Shown one piece after another: positions 53,501-64,000 of a DNA stretch of 64,000 nt; position 1 is the stretch's first letter; every line of letters starts with the position of its first letter. Under the pieces are notes generated by a model, which was not told where the DNA came from, searched no databases, and worked only from the letters and a program-made list of their open reading frames with translations. The position numbers were made by a program, and so were the translations under genes. Origin of the DNA: Syncephalis fuscata S228. Lineage: Eukaryota > Fungi > Zoopagomycota. The stretch spans positions 372,001 through 436,000 of the forward strand of contig JAHLTZ010000010.1 in NCBI GenBank assembly GCA_025786725.1. The letters are read 5' to 3'.

Positions 53501-55809
53501 TTGCCGCAGCCTGTTGGACCGGCAATTATGTTGAGCTCACCGACAATAAATTCAACATTTAGTCCAGTAAGACTAAAGTAGGATGCTGATGAGTCGTTAC
53601 TGCTACTAGACGAGCTATCATTATTATCAGCTAGATTCCAATGGAATTCGGCATTGACGAAACCAATACGTTCTGGATGATTGTTATTTGTAAAATTGTT
53701 TAAAGCATCCGATGGTAGAACTGGCTGTGATAAAAATGACGTGATACGTTGTATAATAACACGATATTGGAAATAATAATAAATACCGTTGGATATTTGA
53801 GTTACAGCAATTCTAAGCGACTCAAGTACAGCAATGGATGTAAAGGCAATAGTTGAAGTAAGTATATGTTTAAACAACATTGTGTAAGCGCCCAAAGTAG
53901 CGACAGTAGTTAGTACTGAGCTAACAGCACTTCCACCTGCGTAAATAGAATAATTGTAAAAGTTATCCCAAGACGCGCTCAGTTCTTTCTCTCGTGCTTC
54001 ATCTACACGTGCACAAAATTGTTGCTCCCAAGCAAATAGTTTAATAATACGCATTGATTGCAGCATCTAAATTGAATCAATATTTAATGCAAGTTAATTA
54101 TGTTGCACTTACTTCACTAATAGCGGATAATCTTTTGCCACATGCCTCTCGATAAATCTCAATAAATTTTGCACTTCTGAAGCCGGGTATACATATGCCG
54201 ACGTTAAAAATAATAAAAGCTGCTAGCCCAAATAAAGATGCAGCTCCGATTATATACCAAAGTAGCGAGAATGCAATTATAATCTGAATTATACACCCAA
54301 CAAAAACATGCATAAGTGATATTGCTTCGCCAAGCACAGTGAGATCGGAAGTTAGTAAGTTTGCAACTGTGCCACCATTCCATTCAGGAGATTCGGCGCT
54401 TTTACTTGGTGTTGATTTATCTAAATTTGCTGCACGGTCTTCAGCATCGATAAGCTCACATTTGCTGTAATTGGTATACGTCGCTTAAGACACATTTTAA
54501 AAATCTCATTTGAAATAATTGTTTTGAACTGGATGCTGTATGTAATCCGTCATATTGCCCAGTTGATTACATATGCTTGATACAATCATACTAGCAATTA
54601 GTCCAGTCAAATATAGCCAGGCATGCGACTCATGCTTATGTGCATTGTTAAGATCATCTAATAAAAAGTAGAAAAATGCTGGTGTTGCAAACATAGTAAT
54701 GCTCCATAATAAACCATATGTTAGCTGTATTGCTATTTGCTTCTTGCATGTCATAAATAACTTGTATGATCCAAATGACATATCTGGCCTATTATTGATA
54801 TCAAGTTAGCTTTAAATACAGCAAATGCACGCCACCAACCTATACAAATCGTATTTCTTTGTAATAACTGTCGCTTGGTCCTTTTGCGGCAACTCCCACA
54901 AATCATTATTGCTTAACGTTTTCTTGGCTCCATTGGCCATAATCGGCGACATCCAACTAAACGACATCCATTCATACAGTGATGCGCTCATTTCGAGTGT
55001 TTTTACTCGCCCACTGACTGTTACCTCCGACGACCCGCGTGTCACAAATAGTCCAATGGCTGCAATCTGCGCCCAACAAATATTGCAAGTGCAAACTGAG
55101 TCTCGCGAATGTAGAATTCAAGCACGCCATACGTGTATCGTGCAATCATATCGGCGCATCCACTGCAATAAGCAATAGCAATCAACAATGTCTGGTGCGT
55201 CCCACACTTGATTCTTGCCGATTTGTCACGTCTTAGATTCATGACTGACAGCACGGTAATGTATAGCTGGCAAACATGAGCGGCTTTCAACCGTAAATCG
55301 ACGTACTACTTACCCATACAATTGTATTGCTAGCCGGAAAGTAAAGCGCCATCCGATGGTTGTGTGATCGGCGTGAAAGCTGCCACAGCACACCCCAGAG
55401 CGAGGCGGACAATGCAATCATGCTACCGACCATTTTGGTGATGTTTGCATCGATGTTATTGCGTTTGACCAAATGTCTGATGGCTGCAGCATAATCAAGT
55501 CGGTCTTTGTTTGTATTGCTTGTGTTGTTGCGTGTTTCAAAAAACATCAGTTTCCGCTCTTCTTCTTCAGATGGCTCGTGTTGGTCATTATCATCATCGT
55601 CGTCGTCGCTCAATGTGCAGTCATCTTGCAGCGGTTTGCTAGGAATACGGTGGTATGTGGTGCTGTCGTATTTACATATGCTTAGACGGCCTATTGCCAA
55701 AATAAATACCGATAGCACTACACCCGCTATCGGGAACGCCTCAAATATAAACCTGCAGCCGTAACATCAATAAATAAATTGGAACTCAATAAAACAGTAC
55801 TACTTACAT
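50570..55809 (-). CDS. ABCC/MRP-type ABC transporter (Ybt1/Bpt1-like), multi-exon
   Basis: TMD0-like N-terminus; [14 protein letters not shown]; IIKLFAWE; NBD1 [29 protein letters not shown]; [12 protein letters not shown]; NBD2 [51 protein letters not shown]. Apparent frameshifts near 54440-54540. Confidence 0.93.
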
Positions 55810-56604
55810 GTTGTTTGTGCAATAATTACGCTGCAATATTTTTGGTACACAACAGTTAGTATTACAAGTAACATAAATCCAGCGTACTTACCTGTTGTTA
55901 TAGAAGCAGAAATAAAAGCAATACTAGAAGTGTGATAGCAAAATCAACTAAATACCAGTTAAATAGTACAAATATGATATTGTATATACTAGGAATGTAC
56001 GCGTCATCAAACGCATGCCATTACGTATTTGTTGGTTACACCGACTTTGGACTGAATGAATATATACGAGCCAAGTAATACAAAACTTTGCCATTTTCCT
56101 TAGAGATTGTACAAACTAAATGAATCTATTAATCAGTAGTAATCGGTTTAATTTAGTAGCTATTTAGCTTTATTCCTTTTTAATGCAGCATAATTACTGA
56201 TTTACACCAGCTAAATCATGTAAATTTAATAGCTAGTAAAACTTTTATTCCATAGTTTCTAATGTTACAATAATAGCAATTTTTGTTAGTTCTAAACATC
56301 ATTATATAACATAAAACGAATTCAAGAGGATATCATTACTTTAAGAAACATTCTAAAACATAATGGCGAGATGTACATTATTGCTAAACATTTTATAACG
56401 GAAAGTGCATTTAGTTGTTTGGATAAACAAAGCTTCTAGGTATAGTTTTAAGATTTGCGAATTCAGCTATTTGCCGTCATTTTGGAAATAGTGTATTTTT
56501 GTATAAATTCTGCCGACAATGTACGCTGAATTTACCTTAAACAGTACTCAAAATATTGTTTTCTTTTTTAAAAACGCAGCCTTCAATATCAGTTTTCTAT
56601 TACC

Positions 56605-56790
56605 ATGCGTGGGGCTTTTTTTATTACAATCGTAACTGTAGTTCTGCCAATTTTTTCACTGAACATGTTAGCTACTGCAAGGCCTTTTGCAGATTTTACA
56701 GAAATGAGCGATTGGGAGCGAATGACAGCAATGGGCGGTTGGAGTAAGAGGCCAGGTGCACCGATCATGACAAACATTCTTTTCCGCTAA
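56605..56790 (+). CDS. Small secreted peptide precursor (61 aa)
   Basis: ACCATG context; TATAAA near 56502; n/h/c-region signal peptide ending A-T-A|RP; internal KR; GC-richer than its flanks. Confidence 0.65.
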   Translation: MRGAFFITIVTVVLPIFSLNMLATARPFADFTEMSDWERMTAMGGWSKRPGAPIMTNILFR

Positions 56791-57319
56791 GACCGTAAAC
56801 AAGTATTGCGCATAAGCTTATAATTCACTGATTTAGCAATTCTATCTACAATACTATAACTATGATTTTATTGAATATTACTTTTAACAACATGAGCTTT
56901 TCATTTTTTGATATTCTAATAATTGGCTTGGTCAACCAGTAAATTGTTTTGAAAAATTTTTGTATGATTGTTGGTAAATACTTGTGTGTGTGTGTGTGTG
57001 TTGAAGACATTATTTAGATATTTGGTGTGCTATATGTAATATTGTAATTAAGAAAGAAGTTACTTTTTTATTAGCTTAGACATAAATACACATGTTAATG
57101 TTGCAGCATAACTGTATATGAAACATTTTTTCCCAGTAATCTCTTGCCAGCCATTCACGTGTATTGAAATCTCTTACTCCGCTACAATCTCTTACATGCA
57201 CGTGGGTAATTGTTATAGTTTTAGACAATTTTTGTGTACTGGTTATAAATATAAAGATATTATCGGTAGGCCAATTTCCAATCCAACTGTCGTATCTGTA
57301 CCTGTTATTATTTGATCAA

Positions 57320-58811
57320 ATGCACCATATAAACATTGCATTTTATGTCTCAAGCCATGGTGGGTTTTGTTGTGCGTTCAAAAATAAATGCTTACTATTA
57401 CTGAATATAGGATTTGGACATGCCACTCGTGCCGCTCATCTTGTTTTACAGTTACTTTCACTCGATCATCAACAGGTGGCAAAAGTAACCGTTTGCACAA
57501 AAGCACCAGAATTTCTATTTTCTGATTTGTCCGTTTTCCCCGAAAACCGCTATGCTTATCGAGAACGAGAAGTAGACGCAGGGGTCGTGCAATTAAATGG
57601 CTATACTATTGATGCATTAGCAACTTTGGCTGCAGTTGAAGCATTTCAAGGTGCAAACGACACAAAAGCAGCGGCGTGGATAGACGCAGAGACTATCTGG
57701 CTGCGTGAAGAAAAAGTAAATTTGATACTGTTGGATGCGCCGTATTTACCGTGGTAAGTTTTTATACAAAGCAATTATCGAATAATTAAGTGTTTCTGAA
57801 ATATAGTGAAGCAGCACATCAAGCGGATATTCCTTCGTTTATAATTAGTAATTTTACATTTGATACTATTTATTCACATATTTATTTTACATTCGAAGAA
57901 ATGAAGAGTGATGGTAATAATCCACAGGGCCGACTGTGTGAGCAATTGATAAAAATGACGACAGCATATGCAAAAACCAAATTGATACTACATTTGCCAG
58001 GGTCTCTGCCCATACTTGCATTTGAAAGTGCTACGAACGGACAGGCTATGCGTGTATTACCAACACCATGCTCACCAAAACCCATTCAGTCTACACGGGA
58101 GGTGACACGTAGCAAGCTCGGCCTACCATTGGCTGCACCGTTATTGCTGGTGGCGTTTGGAGGCCACCAACAAACGCTTGATGCATGGTGTCGCATAGAA
58201 CTGCCACCAAACTGGCATGTAGCAGTCTGTGGCCTTTCCGATAATACTGGACTACCTAGAACTTTTGGCCGATTCCACGCCGGTCTATATGCCCGATCTT
58301 ATCTATGCCGTCGATTGTGTTCTTGGCAAATTGGTAGGCACGCCGATCTTAAACTTTTACAACACATGTTAATCACATTTTATTTAACACAGGGCTACGG
58401 TACATGTTCCGAGTGTATTCTGGCACGTACACCCATGATCTACGTGTCGCGTCCAAATTTTATTGAAGAACTGAAATGGTGGCGTGGATGCATAAAAGTG
58501 GCGTGATAGCGACGGCTCTAGAACGTGGGGCCTTTGAAAACGGCCAATGGATGCCGGTAATTCAGAAAGCCGTAAATTTACAAGCTAGCATAAGACGACA
58601 TACAGACGACGCAAATAAGCTGCAGACGAGTCACGTCACAAGACCGGTACCCGGCATTGAAAGCAGGAAAACGGACGCACCATCAATAGCAGCACAAATA
58701 GACAGCGGTGACTACAAACACGGGATGCTTCCTCCAAACAACATGGCGCTTGCTGAACTTGTTGTTCTCAAAGCAAATGGATATCTTTCGAAGATTGGCG
58801 ATAAACGGTAG
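57320..58811 (+). CDS. GT-B fold glycosyltransferase-like protein resembling the N-terminal domain of plant L-arabinokinase, multi-exon
   Basis: FYVSSHG|FGHATR across an intron from 57361 to 57410; VDAGVVQ, DAPYLP, ISNFTFDTIY, LVAFGG, YMPDL, GYGTCSEC, YVSRPNFIEE; apparent frameshifts near 58260 and 58475. Confidence 0.8.
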
Positions 58812-59745
58812 CTTTGGTGGGCTAACAAGTATTTCTTTTTCACACTACTTTCGGGGGGAAAAGGGGAATCTTAAAAATGGTGTCACTCTAATAGGCCTAT
58901 TTCCTATGCCATCAATAAGTTATTAGACCACACAACAAACCAGGAGACTCTGTGGGTGACTAAAAGATGGGCGTGTGCATGTACGTGCATGTGTATGTGT
59001 GTATGGTTTTATGTGGGGATGCGCGATTAGACTGGCCAACACGTGCAGTTACAACGGCTTGTTACCATGTTCGTTTGATAGTTCTGCATTAATTGCTTCT
59101 CAGCGCAGGCCAGTATTTTGCGCAGGAGCAAACATTAGTTTTTACTTAGAAATAAAAAATAATAGCTATAAGATTAAACAAAGAACCAATATGGTCATGT
59201 TTTAATTTGGATAAAAAAAAGTACACCACTGTATGAATAAAAACAACGGGGCCAAGGTGAATTGCCAAGTCAGCACAATGTCTTGCATAACTTGAATCCT
59301 CGTCTAATTAAAGCGATTAAAATTAGTTTGGTCCAAGAATAGCCTGTCATAATTGAGAACAAAAACGAAATATGAAGTCGATGTTACGCAGCTTCATTGT
59401 GTCCAATACAAAGATAGGTTGATGCTATAACCGTCTCATGTCATCATAAAGAAGCATCAGTCGTCTATCTTTGCGTTACAATGGTGTGATCACTTTTTTC
59501 CAAGAAAGGTGTGTTGAATGGTCGGAATCGTGAACATGAAACAAGGATAATTGAATATTTGTAGCACAATCCTATATAAATGAAATGGGCGACGACTCAC
59601 CTAGATGCCATCAGCCCAGCTAGCCGCATTATTGCTTATAACCTTAGCCTATATCTTCGTTCATTCCATCGTCACTACCACTGTTTGCTTCTTCTTTATT
59701 TTGCATTTAATTTCTTTATTTTATCTTGTTTTCTTGCTAACAAGT

Positions 59746-62100
59746 ATGTCAACCTCAATGACATCAACGTTACGACGTGAGCGTACTAACACGGTAAGCT
59801 CGCAGGCGAGCGCGCCACATCCATTAGCACCTCCGCCTACACCTACTTTTTCTTCAAAACCATTTGACTGGGGTAATACTATTATTATCTATGATGGCTC
59901 ATCATCAGAATACTTGCACCTTTTGAGCGATGATCTTAGCGAATTGCCCAAATCGATTACTACATCTAACAAACCTTCAGTAGCACCAATGATGTTTGAA
60001 TCAGACCATATTGCTTCTTACCATCAACAGCCGGCAATAGCGATGCATCCATCGCCATTGTCACCAGTAGTACAACAACAACAATCTACCAAAGGAGCGG
60101 TGAAACAAACCTCAAGTGAGTATCAAACAAAGGGGGAACAACCATCTGTTCTTTGTACAAGTCCGGTTTTGGAGTTTCGCAAGAGTTCCGAAGAGGATAC
60201 AACTGCTGATTCAACTGACATCAGCGAGGAGGACAATACATTTGATAGTGAGGATGACAATGAAAGCACAAACAATACAAAGTCGGCCAAAATTCGCAAT
60301 CGTTGCATCCGACGTGAACGATGTGGGCCATGACTGACGGCTTCAATGACGGCGAAATCAACCGGCAGCTTATCGTGCAGCTTAACGCGCTTGTTCGTAG
60401 TGAAACGCTGTACGTGCGTACGCTTACCATGTTGCGTGATGCATTCTGGCGCAGCATTGACGAAGAACGTATTGCCGAAGGCAATGGTTTGCGTCGTAGC
60501 GGCAAACGTCTACTCAACGTGCTAACATCGGCCGTCAATCGTCGCAAGCCAGGACTGCGACGCAAATCCATCAGCTCGGACGACAGTGCCAGCGATCGAC
60601 CTGAACCAAGCTTACCAGCAGGTGGCGACCAATTGATGAACGGTTCTGATACCATCGCTAATCGATGGTACAAGCCTAGCTGGTGCGTGTGCAGTCGACG
60701 TGAAATTACCGAGCGTGGTATGCACACTTTACACGCACTATTCAGCAATATTGCGCCTTTGGCCGAGTGTCACATGCACTTTCTCCTGAAAATGCGTCGG
60801 TTGTAAGTAACTTTCCGTACCATCAAGTACTATTCTAAATTTAGAATGCTAATCTCAAACATCCATTGACTGCCCATACTATGTAGACAACCGCTAAGCG
60901 AGCATTTGGACGAATTTCTTTCTTTATTGTATGATCATGTGAGCATTAACGTCTATTAAGAAGGGAAACATACTGACGTTCTATTGTTTAATAGATGTTG
61001 ACTTGCAAGGTTTATGTTATATATCTGAAAGAACACATTGATGCGCTTGTTGAGTTTGAAAATATGTTACTGTGTGATGAGCGTTTATCAAAGGAAATTG
61101 CAGTAAGTTGTTTTATTTACCATATATAGTGAATTTAGTTTAATTTTTTGTCAAATAGCGATGTGAAGCTCAAGTGGGTGTCAAATTACGTGCTCTTCTT
61201 ACAAAGCCAGTAGAACGGCCTTGGTATTATGCACATGTTGTTCAAGTTATTTTCAACAACTATCTACCAAAGTCAAAACAGTCCACCCAAGCATTAACGG
61301 CTTGTGTTTCAAAAAGTACTAATTTGACAAATGAGCTGGAGATTATGTAAGAATAATTACCATTTTAAGCTGCAAAGTATCATATCTAATTTATTTATTT
61401 ATTTATCACTACTACTACTAGGGTGCAACAAATTACACAAATTAAACAAATTGCTTCATTGCAACGTAGCTTTATTCAACTACCAGCACCATTCCTTCAT
61501 CAAGATCAAAGAATCATCCAGGAAAGATCTATTCAATTCCGTCGTTATCGTAAGACAAACTGGCAACGTTGTACCTATTGGCTATTATCCGACCGTATTA
61601 TAATTGGTCGTGAGAAAGATGAAAGCACGTATGTTTGCGAGGTAAGATATACGCAATATACTGTCCACCACCAATAGATTGATATTAACAAAAAAACGCT
61701 CTTTATTATTATTATTATTATTATTGCTGTTATTTAGGTATGCATTCCTTTAAATCGTTGTATTGTATCGGCCGATACGAATTGCTCCGAGCCATTTGTT
61801 GGTCTATTGCAAATCAACGGTATCTCGCCCATGTTCCAGGTACAATTGGAATCGTCTGGCACGTTCAATTACTGGATATCTCAACTAGAGACGGCCATTA
61901 GCCAGTCTAAAGATGATGATGGTAAGTTACTGCAAACCAAAACATAAATGAATAGCATCTAATCGTATTATACTATTAATTACAACTACATAGCTCAAAT
62001 CAATATTCCTTGTGGACATGGCTGTTTGCCACGTAGCACCGATCCATTCTTCCCGGATTTCCACAACTTTAGTATCATTTCACCAAAAAACATCGGTTAA
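59746..62100 (+). CDS. Divergent DH-PH domain Rho guanine nucleotide exchange factor, multi-exon
   Basis: DH motifs LVRSETLYVRTL, LFSNIAPLAECH..FL, LRALLTKPVERPWYY; PH-like RIIQE...YWLLSDRIIIG...IPL...W; frameshift near 60320; start codon uncertain. Confidence 0.75.
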
Positions 62101-62598
62101 AATATGACATTTTACTCAAATCAAAATTTCTTTATTACGTTTAAAACTGTAATAACTTTTTGTAGATAACTGTGGCAATTAGTTACTTGCTACCAGTCTT
62201 GTTCAAAATCTTTGCTACCACTATATCGTTACCCTTCTTATCTGCATTGTTCTTTTACTTATTCTTTTTAATATAAGTATCGTTTTATTTTTGATATCAC
62301 TTAGTAGATTTATATATAAATACATATTCTAGTTTTACTTTACTGTGTGATTTGGTAGTCAACGTCATAAGCAATGATGATAACGACGACGACGACGATA
62401 ATAATAATTTTAATTGAATAGCAACCTCTCCATTTTATTTCTCTCTTTCTTTACTGTATACACTTTCTCCATTCACTTACTACTGACCACATAAAACGCA
62501 GTCATCGCTAGTCCTTGTATTCAGAGAAATAATAGAATAGTTTGAATTCTACTCATTTATAGCTACATTACTGGTTTTCTTGTTTTATTCGTGCCACC

Positions 62599-64000
62599 AT
62601 GGAAACTTTAAAGACAACAATCGATGAGTTTCAGTGCGTAAAGGACGCCGTGAACAACACGCGCGAACAAGAGTTGAAGTATATCGACGCCTTACTGGCC
62701 GAGATTGCCGAGACAAAGCGTACCATTACGGAAGGTAGGTATATTGACAGGTTGCAAATACCTATAAGTGCATCTGTCTAGACAATTTATAGATTACCTG
62801 GCGTAATTAACATAGAACCTACTAGATAGTAGTATGGCCAACAACGCCCTTTCCTCCTTGTTCCGATTAACGCAAGAAGCCAATACAAAGGTCAATGATA
62901 GTCATAAGACGCAACAAAACGTATTGTCAAAATATGTCCGCGTATTAGACAAGGTATGTCTGCCCTGTGCTTCTTTTATTCGACTCGCTAGTTCACGTAT
63001 TAACACGCACTTACTATACGGTTTTAGAAATACAAATTGGAACTTGATTTAATTGCTGATACGGCCACACTCAATGGCAACGAACATGCTATATTAGAGG
63101 CTGTATGTCTACACTTTTTAATTCATGGCGAATTTGAACTGGCCAATAGTCTTATTGAGGTAAATAGAGCCTCAATAATATCAATACTTTATTTACTCAA
63201 TGATTTATTCAATGGCTTATTTACAGGAGTCTAATATCAATGTATTAACATCCACTCGAGACAATTATGCCCGTTTATTCAGTATTCTTGCACCATTACG
63301 CCAGAACGATTTAGTGCCAGCACTTAGGTAGGATAGCCATGGATAGTGTATTATTGTGCTAATCAATACTATGTATATTAGCTGGGCGGCTCAGCATCGT
63401 GGTCTAGTTTCAAAAGAACGAGAAAACAATTTGGAATTTGCCTTACATCGACTACGCTACTTGCAACTGTTGAAATCAGGCGATGTATATGCTGCACTAA
63501 CGTATGCACGAGATTATTTTGGTCTATTCTGTAAAAAACAGCTAAAAGGTAAGTAAATATGAATAGTGGTATACAGTTACCGTAATAGCTTACAACTATC
63601 CTTCACTATGCTAGATATACCTCGTCTAATGGGTGCTCTACTCTATGCCGGCCGTCTTGATGACTCGCCATATGCCGATATGATTAATGACGATGAATGG
63701 AAGACTGTGGAACAACTGTTTCGTGCTGAATATTGTACGGCCTTGAACTTGCCAAGTGAAAGTCCGCTCTATACAAGGTAATTGATACATAGTATTTACT
63801 CATTTTAATCGATATATTAATTACTCCTTATAATACATCAATCACGTTATTGTTATTGTTGTGTATATTATTAGTGTTGTTGTAGGTACAACGGCCATTC
63901 CAAGTATCATTAAAATGTCACAAGTAATGAAGACAAATCGTACAGAGTGGACACAACAAGATGAATTGCCAGTAAGCTAATTATGAAGGCCTTATTACAA
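62599..64000 (+). CDS. RMD5: GID/CTLH E3 ligase subunit RMND5/Gid2 (3' end runs beyond the window)
   Basis: LisH AVCLHFLIHGEFELA; CTLH DLVPALSWA; CRA LEFALHRLRY, ALTYAR, LMGALLY, LPSESPLY, WTQQDELP. Confidence 0.88.

Noticed and set aside
60221-60748. 175-aa antisense ORF and similar antisense ORFs over CPR, Pumilio, kinase and ABC genes
   Set aside because: Shadows of real coding sequence on the opposite strand, with no independent motifs.
22859-64000. Apparent clustering of ubiquitin-system genes (F-box-like genes, CSN3, UBTD, RMND5)
   Set aside because: Interspersed with unrelated genes over 40 kb; no evidence of more than chance.

Overview
Eukaryotic, AT-rich, gene-dense fungal DNA with many short (~50-70 nt) GT-AG introns. 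The gene repertoire (7TM-RGS receptor, intronless PA-type subtilase, expanded divergent F-box-like family, Pumilio with plant-like N-terminal motifs) suggests an early-diverging fungus, possibly Zoopagomycota such as Syncephalis; this is inference. About 22 protein genes can be supported: NADPH-P450 reductase, ENA-type Na+/K+ P-type ATPase, Pumilio, PX-AGC kinase, three F-box-like genes, a secreted LPMO-fold-like protein lacking the histidine brace, 7TM-RGS, Isd11/LYRM4, CSN3, a LaeA-like methyltransferase, an S8 protease, a peroxisomal enoyl-CoA isomerase, UBTD, mitochondrial thioredoxin, RPL36, a Cys-tailed orphan, an ABCC transporter, a 61-aa secreted peptide precursor, an arabinokinase-N-like glycosyltransferase, a DH-PH RhoGEF and RMND5/Gid2 (truncated by the window edge). 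Many genes, including housekeeping ones, carry single-base deletions in short homopolymers, most likely long-read assembly errors. Best leads: the peptide precursor between the ABC transporter and the glycosyltransferase, the His-less LPMO-like protein, H/ACA-snoRNA-like structures in oversized RPL36 introns, two perfect CRE sites upstream of ENA, and a non-coding repeat family present as a long copy, an internally deleted copy and an inverted copy.
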